Shown here piece by piece: positions 26,631 to 37,699 of a stretch of 64,000 nt of DNA. Made by a program: the position numbers and the translations under genes. Under the pieces are notes generated by a model. The model made no database searches. It was not told the origin of the DNA and saw only the letters and a program-made list of their open reading frames with translations. Within the stretch, counting starts at the first letter, position 1, and every line of letters begins with the position of its first letter. The DNA lies in the NCBI RefSeq assembly GCF_030144855.1, contig NC_082722.1:26598001-26662000 (forward strand). The letters are read 5' to 3'. The DNA is from Hypanus sabinus (lineage: Eukaryota).

Positions 26631-29302
26631 TACAAATCTATATCACATTCACGCTAATCTCTCTGCTTTACCTGGGAATTGATAACGCGCTCTTCCTGTT
26701 GTTGATCTTTGCGAACTGGTTTGCTCTCACTCTGGTTTAGTGAGGCATAGACAGTGGTATGCTCAATCGGTGCTAGTTCATCCTGTTTGAAAAAAAATAT
26801 TACATACACCTAACTGATACAGAGCTCAGTGATCATAAACTAAATTAGACTTGCCAAATCTAAACACTGAGGATAAAAAAAAAATGTTGGCATCACATTT
26901 TGTCTGCACACAATGATACTGTCCTTACATCATACGGGAGGTGGGATCTCGACGGTTTCAGGCTGGAAGTCGCTATGTTTAGACTTTCAAATCACCGCTT
27001 ATAGCAGTCCTAGGAATTGGATGGGTTTCTCAGTTCTAACCATCTGTTTTTTCATCTCTTAAATCGCTCTAAATTCTGTGCATGGGCACAGGCCCATGTT
27101 CTATCTTTTACGCATGCGTCGAATTATCGTAATGCTTGCCCTGATCAGAATTTGCCCCTGCGCTGCAAACTGAAATTGTGACTCATACCACTCACATTAA
27201 TTAAGTTGAGGATATTGGAGCCAATGGCATGTCCCGATGCCAAGTCTCGCTTAAATCAAGCTGGAAACAGTGGAGCGGCATTCTGGTCCTCTGTTGATTT
27301 TATTGGTTTTGCTTGTAAATCACTTAAATTACGATCGAAGTAAGAAGAACCAATGGACGTAGTAAATGATAAAAATGTCATTTGTTCTGCTGAAGTAATG
27401 GCATAACATTCCAGAGTAATAAAGTAATAGTAAAATATTATCATGAATGCTTCATCTTCAACTTGGATATTACTCTAAGAAGTAGCCCTACATTTCCGGA
27501 AGTGTTAAGAACACGTAGACTTTTTATCATAATGAAATCAGTGATGTATGTATAACTACTATAGCTTAGTTCCTGCAGTCGCTCAATTTGCACCTAACGT
27601 CGTCACGTAAAATTAAAACTAAATGCGTTAAACTGGGGAATGTGATTAATGAAACACAAGAATACAAAGGCTATCATGAGTATGAATCCAGGCAGCAAAA
27701 AAAAAATAAATAGTACCATTGAAGTGCTGGAAACATGAAGTAAAACAGAGAAATAGAACACCCGAGATTTTAGTAGATCAGGAGCCACCAGTTAAAGGGA
27801 TAGAGTTAGCGTTCACGTTGCAATCTGCGAAAGGGTCTTAAATCTGGAATGTCAACTGGTTCTCTTTCCAGAATCGGTCAGTAGCTACAGATTGTCTTCT
27901 TCTTTGACTCCAAATGGGAGACAACAATACTTTTATACGTTTTAGGCTTTGCTTCCCACATTGAGGATAATACTCATTCAGCGTACCATCGTGGACCAGA
28001 AGGTGCCATGTGGAATTTCTTTTAACACATGGTTATCATTGTTCACGACAAACTACAAGGTTTTGTTGCAAGTATATTCGATTCCATTGCAGGTTATGCA
28101 CTGCTGTGTGGATCTTTTCTGCGGATCGGGGTTAAAACAGCATTTAATATTGCAAAGACCATTTCAACAATACAAGATTTTATTACATTTTTAGCTTGCT
28201 TACTGTCCGTCAGATCATATGTAACACACATTACGAATTAACTCTTGCACGTACTGCACTTTCCCATTGTCCAGTCCAATGCGATTTTCATGAACTAGTA
28301 TTTAGTGGTTTCCACAGTTTCAGATGCGTGTTGAATTATTCGTCAAAACAACTGACTTTCCAATGTTAAATATTACCGTTCCCCTTCCAATTCAACCTGC
28401 TATGCACCGGTGAGGAATCTTGAATGGATACAGGAAGCAGATGAAACGGAACCATTCAAATAAAACTTGGATATGTACTTGAAAATAAAGATTTGACGGG
28501 GAAAATAGTTTTATTTTCCCTACTACGCTCCAAAGTGTTGTGGAATAAAATAAATTCTTGATATCTTTGCTATGCGAATATCCCGCTCTGAAACAAGACG
28601 AGTCGGTTAACCTACCTGGTGTACATTCTGACATCCGTCCAAAGGATTTGCGTAACCCCCTTCAGAAAAGAAATCAAAAAGAAATCATTTGGATTATAAA
28701 CATGGTATATTATTCATTTGATACCAATCGAATGAATCATGTAAGTGGAACAGCTGAAGTTACGGATCTTTCAGAAAGTATTTGTTGGTAACAGTCGTGC
28801 AAATATACTGTGTTCTGCATTAACCTGCTGCTATGCTCAAAAAACTTTGAATTTCAAAGAGGCTGTCAAGTGATAATAGCATAACTGCGGCGGTACCGTA
28901 TTTAAGTATGGCAACCAAGATGGAAGTTAAAACAATGAGACGTATATAAGTTGGTCAATGTTATTTACACAACCAGAGGGAGTTTAGATCTACGCCAAAT
29001 CGTTTACGTTTCAAAATACGGATCTGCCATTGTATAAAAAAAATACATTTGAAGAACTCAAAATGGATGTAACGGCATTCGGAAATGTGATATGAAATAC
29101 TTCCAGTGGACTGGAGAAATAGTTGAACTTTAACATCAAGCATGTATTTTGCCAGAATATTATTACTGAAATCCGGCTTCAAAAATCGGGATCCATGTCC
29201 CATCATTCTGTAAATGTCATTTACTGTTTTGAAGTTAAAAGTCGTTAACGCTTCTATTTTGTACGAATAGAGGTGATGTTTCTCAGCGATCAGTGTTCTT
29301 AC

Positions 29303-29401
29303 CGTGCGATCTCTTTAACTTGAGTTTCAGCAAAACTATTATCAGAATTAAAATTGCCAATCCGCCCACTGCACATGCGAGAATCAGTCTGGTATCAACG
29401 C
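29303..29401 (-). CDS. Transmembrane exon of the VJ-C1 receptor: (G)VDTRLILACAVGGLAILILIIVLLKLKLKRSH
   Basis: Acceptor tttttcaag| and donor cac g|gtaag; 99 nt, phase 1-1; about 20 hydrophobic residues followed by a basic stop-transfer stretch; both splice sites conserved in the paralog at 56233-56331. Confidence 0.85.
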
Positions 29402-30652
29402 CTTGAAAAATAAACCACGAAGCATTTATACTTCGAAAAACAAATCCACACATGAGAAGCAACAGTGCAAACTATTATATAGGGTCCTTTGAAACCTCAC
29501 TACACACTGATAGGAAAATGGCAGAATATACAATATTGAACGAAGAAATCTGGTTTTTAGTTTCTCCAGACACATTCCAGCTATTTACTAAGACGAAGAA
29601 TAGGCACCACTGCTTTTTCCTACACTTTGCTTGACAATAGATATCAGCACACCGAATGAACGTGTAATCATCTAACCTAATACAATTCTGATCTCGATTC
29701 AACCTTTTAAGTCATGTCTGTCAAGCATGTTCTTTAGAACGATCAACACCCTATAGATAACTTGTAGACTCGCCAAAGGAGTCCCGGTGCAGCAACAATG
29801 CTGAGATTACTCGCTAACTTCAAGAGTTTAGATGACTGTACCCTCTATGCCTCCTGAATGTGTATCGAGCATATTAAACGTATATTCCCACTGTTATGCT
29901 TTCCACAGCTTAACGAGTGACAAACCCGAATTAATGGAAAATTGCATAATGAAAACATAGATAAACACGAGTCAGCCATTTGAACTGCGTTGTCCACTAT
30001 TATTGGAAGGTAAGTACGCAAAGACTGAGTTTGGTCAAAGTCTGTTCACAGTTCCGCACCCTATGCATTCGTTCCAGTTGGCAAACATGTGTCACTCCTC
30101 AGTGTTCAGGAATTCCTAGCTTGATGCTGATTTTGCCCCATGTCCACATTTTCCCGGTAAAACTTCGTTAATTAAATACACCTTCACTCACCAGCAGATA
30201 GTTTCCTCCTTTGTTATAAACTATGCGATTTAGAATTTTAAGTTTTGCTTTGTCTCATCTTTGACAAATGTCTGTAGGTTTGTTATCTTACACGTACTAC
30301 ACGAAATCAATTTCTTAATTCATTCTACATGATTTAAGCTGAGGGTATAAGACATTTGTTTTTAAACACCATTCACATTGAATATTCACTGCAATCAGGT
30401 AATCTGAAAATGTCGTCCTGCTTCCGTGTTTGGCTAGCTATTTTGTGTTTGGTCTTAAAGAGTTTTGATCGACACATCTATATCATTTGGAAACGTTTCC
30501 ATCTTGCCGGGAGTGCTAGAAATCCTGAACATGTTGAATATTCACAGTAACACACAAAATGCTGAAGGTGCGCAGCAGATCAGGAGAGCAATAAAATAAC
30601 GACATTTCGGTCCGATTCCTTACATCAGGACGTAATCAAGACACCTTCTTAC

Positions 30653-30946
30653 CTTGCTCCGGGATGTAGACGCAACTGACGGGCACCGTGAGGGAGACAT
30701 GCGACACCAGGCAGGTGTAAACATCTTTTCCCCAAGCTGACTGATCAATTTTCAGTGAACTGTAAGCCTCGTATGAACCTTCCGCTGTCTGGCTTATCTT
30801 TGTTTCTATTCCAGTGCGAATTTGCAAGTTATTTTTTAGCCAGACGAATTTTAATTCCTTCGGATAGAAGGCAGCTGTTTTACAGAGGAACTGCCGAGGA
30901 GACGAAAACTCTCCAATAAGAACGATTTCCAATGGAGTTGGGGGAG
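30653..30946 (-). CDS. Ig C1-set domain exon of the VJ-C1 receptor
   Basis: FLCKTAAFYPKELKFVW...GSYEAYSSLKIDQSAWGKDVYTCLVSHVSL (C1 hallmarks FYP, W, YTCxVxH); acceptor ttttattcaag| and donor caa g|gtaag; 294 nt, phase 1-1. Confidence 0.92.
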
Positions 30947-31505
30947 CTTGAATAAAAATACAGTTATATTGGGTGTTTACCATTGATTTAGTTAAAGTAG
31001 ATTCCTTGATCTTCCCGCCAATTATGATGACATGTCACTATCAAATTAGTTACCCGCCATAGGTTACCGTATTTTATAAATTATTTTAAGTTCAAGTTCA
31101 AGTTCATAGTTATTAAAACAGACAGATGTACATGGCTAAATGAAACATACTTCTTCTGCGATCAGCTGCAAAATACAGCCCATGTATTCATACAGAGCAC
31201 GTGCAGTCACCATCCAGCACATACAGTGCAAAATAAACAAAGTAAAATCGGGTCACAATACAGAATCAGATCAAAGAAAGAATTCGAAGAAGACACCGAG
31301 AAGGCGAATCTAAGGGGTACAATATGAGGATGACATTCTGCTTTGAATGTGACACTAAGGGACATTGAGGATGGACCCGGATGCAGGACGCAGGCACTGA
31401 AGTACTAGGGCAGGACAGGAACAACTAAAGGATAGAACAAGATAGGGAGACCGTGGCCTTCTTGAGGCACGAGGCATTCAAAGGTGATCCTGTGGTTCAG
31501 CGATT

Positions 31506-31830
31506 GGAGTTTATGGCGAGGCAGGCCACTGGAGTTCATGGCGAGGCAGGACCCTGGAGTTCATGGCGGGGCAGGACCCTGGAGTTCATGGCGGGGCAGG
31601 ACCCTGGAGTTCATGGCGGGGCAGGACCCTGGAGTTCATGGCGAGGCAGGACCCTGGAGTTCATGGCGAGGCAGGACCCTGGAGTTCATGGCGAGGCAGG
31701 ACCCTGGAGTTCATGGCGAGACATGACCCTGGAGTTCATGGCGAGACAGGACCCTGGAGTTCATGGCGAGACATGACCCTGGAGTTCATGGCGAGACAGG
31801 ACCCTGGAGTTCATGGCGAGACAGGACCCT
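31506..31830 (+). repeat. 25-bp minisatellite, 13 units of GGAGTTCATGGCGAGGCAGGACCCT-like sequence
   Basis: Head-to-tail units with no spacers, directly counted. Confidence 0.95.
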
Positions 31831-32345
31831 GGCTAGGATAGAGGATGGGTCTATGAGACAAGGAATGCTGGGAGGATAGCCCCCTGGGCGGACAGCATAA
31901 CTCCTGGGCCAGACTCGGCCTCCCAGGCAGGAACACAGGGACTTGGGCAGGTCGCTGGGCACATGGGCAGGTGCGGAGCACAACCCATCAGAAGAGAAGG
32001 GTAGGAAAGATTCAGAATCTACCACCGGGCAAAGGCAGTCCGGCCTGCTTACCAGATGGAGGCAAGAGATCGGAAGGGAGCTCGCTCCAGCGTGACTACG
32101 AGAACGGACTTACAGAACTAGTTGATTAACCGTGGGTACTCCAAGCCGGGACGAACAGAACGAAACCGTGCGAACAGGCAAGCATGACAAACATAGCGCA
32201 CGGGTCGGAACGGGTTAATCAGGGCGACCAGCGCTACCAGGACGACCAGGTCGAAATAGGATAAATAGGGCAACCAGCGTAAACAGGACGAACTAGGTCG
32301 AAACGGGATAGACAGGCGAACAGCCAACAGCGTGAAGAACAGGAC

Positions 32346-32453
32346 GGAACAGCGGGAACAGCGGGAACAGCGGGAACAGCGGGAACAGCGGGAACAGCGG
32401 GAACAGCGGGAACAGCGGGAACAGCGGGAACAGCGGGAACAGCGGGAACAGCG
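32346..32453 (+). repeat. 9-bp tandem repeat (GGAACAGCG)x12
   Basis: Directly visible; gives the spurious EQR/RCS/VPA repeat ORFs. Confidence 0.95.
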
Positions 32454-34409
32454 CGTACAAGGCAAACCGGCGAACAGGACAAAACAGAACGACCCCGCAA
32501 CTAAACTCAGTTCCTTAGCCCCTTATATACATCTGCCAGCCGATAGGCATCAGGTGCGCCTCCTCAAGCCAAGATGAACCGATTTTGACTTAAGTGTGAA
32601 AAGAGGGACGGCTACAAGACCCGGAGTCCGGTGTACACGGACCGGATCAAGACACGAAATGCGGGCCCGGACCGGACCATTGCAAAGTGGCCTTTCAGCT
32701 TTATAATACTACGGGGTCTGCGGCAGCCCATTGGCTTTGGCAAATGTTCATTTCTGTATTTTTTTTTCATTTCCAATCAAAACTGAACTAGAAAACCCAA
32801 AATATGACATATCTCCACAATCTGAACGCAATAAGATCTTGCACATGTTTTTAAAATTCTGGCAACTCATTTTTCCAGGTAGTCTTTCAGAGCCTGCGTT
32901 GGAGCTTTCCAGTCATCAACATTCACTGATAGAGCTTTCCTCTGAATGTAAATCATTGCTGATGTTTTGTTCGGTATTTAATGTGTTGAATGTGGCAAAT
33001 CGTACCCTCCATGAAACATCCAGGGACGCCAATGCGAAGCTTATATTAATCGCATTTATTCTACGTTTCTATTTTTTCATAAACCTGTCGGTGTGCAGCA
33101 AAATGTTCGACAGTGGCCTGGCACTGCTCTACGAAAGCTGATGCCCTGCAGAGAGGCAACCCAGGAGCTGAACGAACTCCGCTTCTCCCTGCAGAGATTT
33201 CACTCAAAGGTGACACAAAAATTCACGATTTTGCAAATGTGGACTGCCTCCGCTAAACCTATGTTCCGTATCTATTGTCATGTTGCTTTATCAATGTGTC
33301 ACACCATTTAGCATTTCGCTCTGCAGACAATGGTCATCATGAGCTCACGGTTGCCCGCACAGCACTGCCATGATCCATATACAGTTTACAGCTGTTTACG
33401 TGCTTGTTGCTGTAAGGCGAATTCTTTTGTAAATATCTATAGCTCCCGAGATGGAGTCCCATCCAAACTTTTTTGGGAAACTTGTGGAAAATTTTAGGTG
33501 CCGTGATAGAGCCAATTAAAAAGTCCTGACCGATGGGTGAGGTGCCGGAGGACTGGAAGTGACTAATATTTTGTAGTTGTTCAAGAAAGGCTCTAAGAAT
33601 ACGCCGAAATATTTTAGGCTGGTAAGCCTGGCGCTTGTAAAGGGTAACTTATCGGAAATATAGATGACAAAACAGATGGGGAACGCACGCCTGTTTGGAA
33701 TGAACATGGCAGATTTAGCGCTTGCTAGGAGTGACCTTATTTCTTCTTCATACTGGCTATTTTTGGCCCAACCTCTGCCATTGTAGGTCAATTTTGTATT
33801 AACAGAAAATGAGGTAGTGAATCTGAATATCTATGCTCGTTTCAATGGGCTCGGCATTGTGGAGCAGCACACGGATCAAGCTCTGTTTCTGTGGAGGTTT
33901 TACGCACACGTCCCGTAATTGACATGAAGAAGTGGCTTTGTTTCCCTTTGCCGATGTTTGTAAATTACTTTAAAAATATGTAACTGCGTGCTGCAGCAAC
34001 TGTAGGATCGAAATCGGCGAAATACGTCGAGATCTGGTAGTATAAAAACAGGCTTAAGAATGGGAGGATATCATTTAACTTCGACAACGCTTCGCTTTAG
34101 ATTAGATGGCTTGTGATTTTCCCTTCAACCGAATTTGTCTACACCACCCCATCTCACATTATCTAACCTGAATCAAATTCTTCGTCTAAAAATGAGGTGA
34201 TTCCGTTCATCTGCTGTTTAAAGCCTTTGAGTGTTTAAAGTAGTTAGACAGCAAATGTCACGCCATTAAAAAAAAAGGATGTAGAGAAATGATGGGTAAA
34301 TATAGGCTTGTTAGCTCAACATCTGCAGTCGGGAAATGCTTGAAGCTGTCACTAAGGAAAAAATAGTGAAAAAAATTAAAAAAAAAACAGTGGTTCCATT
34401 AAACAGACG

Positions 34410-35665
34410 CGGCATAGATTCAGAAAGTGTGGGTCCTGTTTGACAAGCTCACTGGAGTTCTTTGAGAACATAATGAGTGCTGTGGATGGAGGGGAACAGG
34501 TGGATGCCGTATGCTTGGACTTCTAGAAGGCGTTCGTTAAGGAGCCGCAAAAGTGACTTGTCAATTAGATATCGATGCATGGAGTCGGATGAAGTGTATT
34601 GGCATGGATAGTGAAAAGGTTATCTAATAGAAGGCAGAGTGTTGGGCGTTTCTCCGGTTAGCATTCAATGGTGAGTGGAGTGCTGCAGGGTTTCGGTGCT
34701 GGGACGGCAGCTGTTTACCATTTGCATTGATGACCTGTAAGAGGGGACTGAGTGTCGCGTAGCAAAATTTGCTGATGACACTGGTCTGAATGGAAAAGCA
34801 AAGTGTATATAAGACGTGGACAGTCTGCAGACGGCTATTGATAGATTAAGTGGGTGGGCTAAGGTCCGGCAGATGGAATAAAATGTTGGCAAGTGCCAGA
34901 TCACCCACTTTGGAAGGAATAATAGAAGTGCAGTTTATTATTTAAATGGTGAAAGATTGCAGCATGCTGTTGTGCAGAGGGACTTGGGAGTGCTCGTGCA
35001 TGAATCACAAATATTTGGCTTGCAGATGCAACAGGTTATTAAGAAGGCATATGGAATCTTGGTTTTCGTTTCTGGAGGGATTGAGTTCAAGATATGGGAG
35101 ACCATGCTGCAACTGTACAGGGTTCTAGTGACTGCAACTGGAGTACTGTGTGCAGTTCTGTTCACCATACCTGAGGAAGGATATATTGGCTTTGGATGCA
35201 GTGCAGAGGAGGTTCACCTAATTGATTCTAGAGATCAAGTGGAGAGAATGAGTGGCCTGGGACGATACTCTCTGGAATTCAGAAGAAAGAGAATGGATTT
35301 TATAGAAACATACAAAATTTTGAAAGGTATAGATAAGATAGAAGTAGGAAAGTTGTTTCCATTGGTAGGTGAGACAGTAAGGTTCAGGGGAGAAGATTTA
35401 GAATGGAGATGAGGAGAAACTGTTTTTACAGAGAGTGGTGATTCTGTGGAATTCTCGGGCAGGGAAACAGTTGAGGCTTCTTCCCTAAATATATTTAAGA
35501 TACAACTAGATAGATTTTTACATAGTAGGAGAATTAACGGTCATGGGGAAAAGGCAGGTAGATAGAGCTGAGATTACGGACAGATCAACTATGATGTTAT
35601 TTAATGGCGGTTCAGGCTCAATGGGCCAGATGGCTTACTCCTGCTCATATTTCTTAAGTTCTTAT
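34410..35665 (+). mobile_element. 5'-truncated CR1 LINE (RT to 3' end) in the V-C1 intron
   Basis: gcaaaatttgctgatgacact (KFADDT), QRDLGVLVHES and FIETYKILKGIDKI; absent at the paralogous site near 6240. Confidence 0.9.
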
Positions 35666-35993
35666 GGGCTGGCTAAGGAATACGTCAAGGCGGGAAGAAG
35701 GTGGGGATTTGTGCAGGAATATAGGCATAACAAATATATGGTTGGAAATAACAACGGGCCAAAAGATAAATGGAGCTAAAGTCAATCTGCAGAATCACAT
35801 CGAAAAAATAAACAAAATAATCTGAAAAAAATCCAAAATGGTATTTTCCTGTTTAAAAAAAAAGCTGGAAAGGAAATTAATGGTAAAAAAAATTTCAACC
35901 AGCAATAACATTTCACAACATTCCAGCAATCTTGGCTTTTCTTCAAATGCAAAGAGATGAAATTTTTCCACTTACAGGAATAAAGACACCTAC

Positions 35994-36299
35994 TTAACAC
36001 AATAAGCTGAGAGCCACTTCCATTTCCCAATATTTGTTGTTGACTTTTCACTTGACAGTAATACACGCCAACATCTGAGTATGTCACATTCAGGAGGGTA
36101 AATGTGCCGCTGCCTTTCTTTACATTGAACTCATTTCTGCTGTCTGGTTCTAAGACTGTCTTCTGACCCTCCTTCCACCACGAAACTTCAACAGCATCTT
36201 GTAGCATTGGAAATTTGCAGTACATGGATCCATTTCCACCGATTGAGGTTTTTAAGTTTGGAGGGAATTGTTCCACTTCGACTGAAGTTGTTTTTGTGG
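35994..36299 (-). CDS. Germline-joined V-J Ig domain exon (NKp30/TCR-like GxGxG G strand) of the VJ-C1 receptor
   Basis: VEVEQFPP...SMYCKF...VSWWKEG...FTLLNVTYSDVGVYYCQVKSQQQILGNGSGSQLIVL; acceptor ctcacttatgctttgccag| and donor tta a|gtaggt; 306 nt, phase 1-1; no heptamer or nonamer between V and J. Confidence 0.92.
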
Positions 36300-36485
36300 C
36301 TGGCAAAGCATAAGTGAGAATTATGAATACAGTTGCATTCACTGGAAAACGAATCAGCAGACAAAATACGCAGAATACGGGCATGCTAATTGAATGTTTA
36401 CTGTGGCTATATTGGCTGCAGGTAAATGATGGAAAATATTGTAAGATGTCTGTTTCATATATTGGGCACAAAAATTTAAGCGTAC

Positions 36486-36540
36486 CTGGCCAAAACGCGG
36501 CGAGCAGAGCCACGAACCAAACGTTTGCATCCACCGACAT
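36486..36540 (-). CDS. Signal-peptide exon MSVDANVWFVALLAAFWP of the VJ-C1 receptor
   Basis: ATG at 36540, hydrophobic core, phase-1 donor cca g|gtacgc; a conserved upstream acceptor (ttctatctttcag|, exon start 36560) implies a non-coding first exon. Confidence 0.85.
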
Positions 36541-36649
36541 TGCAAATGAGAGTGGTCAGTCTGAAAGATAGAAATTCATTGGATGTAATAATCAAATACA
36601 GATTACATATGAAGTCACATACTCAAGGCTACGTCGATACCTTAGGTAG

Positions 36650-37095
36650 AAGATATTTAGTAGATACAGGAAATCTCTTGGAATACACACAACGACCGAG
36701 CGGATCTCTGCATGAGATGTGAAAAACAGTCGATGTTTCAGGGAAGTTACTTCTTCAAAACTGGAAAGGAAGGGGGCGGAAGTCAGAATAAGGAGATAGA
36801 AGAGTGCAAGGCCTGTAAACTTGCTGTTGATAAGTGGGGGCAGGGGGACTTAAAGAGATGGTACCTGATAGGTGGATTTGTATTCCATCTCGAAAGCCTC
36901 CAAACTGCTGATCTGAACGTAGAATTCTCAGACTTTCAGTAAATTCTCCCGTACAGCTTTCATCGTTTTCTATTTCCCATTTTGGTCCCTTTTTATCCCT
37001 TCTCTTCTCTTTACCTGGCTTATCTGCTGCTCTTAGTACACTGTCTACAATGGCCCAATGTCCTCTCCAATCAGATTCCTTCTAATTTAATATTT
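36650..37095. mobile_element. Penelope-derived repeat, orthologous to 7190-7660
   Basis: Same sequence and position relative to the leader exon in both duplication units. Confidence 0.65.
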
Positions 37096-37118
37096 TACCA
37101 CTTGAAGTTAATAACTCA

Positions 37119-37435
37119 TCAGGGGTGATTGATAAGTTCGTGGTCTAAGGTAGAAGGAGATGAGTTATTAACTTCAACCTTTCTGCGTGATTGCTGGAAC
37201 AGTTGACCTGCATGTGCATGTAACGAGAGCTGTATAATTCATCACCTTCTACCTTAGGCCATGAAGTTATTAATCACCCGTCTGTGGACAATTTCTGGAG
37301 GTCCAAGATCCGAATGCTCTATGACCGCTGGGCTATGTTTATAAATTTAGGAGGGGACTATGCTGAAAAATAAATGTTCTAGGTTTTCTAAAATTGTCTC
37401 CTACCTTAGGCCAGGAGCTTATCAATTACCCCTCA
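37119..37435. mobile_element. Mariner-type MITE
   Basis: Left TIR aggggtgattgataagttcgtggtctaaggtag, right TIR ctaccttaggccaggagcttatcaattacccct followed by TA; extra internal TIR copy near 37240-37280; absent in unit A. Confidence 0.8.
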
Positions 37436-37699
37436 TACAGCACAGGAAAATGTCTTTCGACAAATGATGACCGCATCGATCATAATGCAAATTGAACTCT
37501 ATCGGATCGGACGTAGTCTATATCGCTCTTTTTCGTCTGTTCATGGGCTTATTTGAATGTCCTTTAACCGTTGTGATCAAATCAACACTCCCTTGTAGCA
37601 CTGTCATGTCGTCTATTACTCTCTGCGTAATGTAACTGCTTCGCATCCTCACTTAAATTTTCCTCTCTCATTTCAAGGCGATGCCCCCTGTTAACTGCC

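Larger units (their letters stand above)
31348..32684. mobile_element. Solo LTR-like element with internal tandem repeats, in the V-C1 intron
   Basis: TG...CA ends; both termini resemble the reverse complement of the 58143-59370 LTR; the site is empty in the paralog near 51310; no clean TSD. Confidence 0.7.
26740..33680. repeat. Left arm of a large inverted segmental duplication (right arm about 50.36-60.10 kb)
   Basis: Reverse-complement matches: 26745-26950 vs 59890-60100, 27241-27300 vs 59545-59610, TM exons, C1 exons, 33000-33070 vs 50950-51050. Confidence 0.9.

Noticed and set aside
27949-28241. Similar short ORFs here and at 57294-57648 (MLPTLRIILIQR..., VKTAFNIAK...)
   Set aside because: Similarity is explained by the inverted duplication; frames shift between copies, they are antisense to the gene, and no domain is recognisable.
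31506-31830. CRISPR-like array
   Set aside because: Units are head-to-tail with no unique spacers, there are no cas genes, and the context is eukaryotic.
35900-36350. Rearranging Ig/TCR V segment
   Set aside because: V and J-like strand are contiguous in one exon with a splice donor directly after; no CACAGTG/ACAAAAACC signal seen at the CDR3 position.
29303-36540. Germline-joined shark Ig light chain cluster
   Set aside because: A TM exon follows C1 in phase, and the V lacks IgL framework motifs (WYQQ, FGxGTKL) and is much shorter; not fully excluded without phylogeny.
37485-37492. Octamer ATGCAAAT as an Ig-type promoter element
   Set aside because: Exact octamers also occur at 42187, 46461 and 48525 and within CR1s; this is roughly chance level for AT-rich DNA, and the site is about 950 bp from the ATG.
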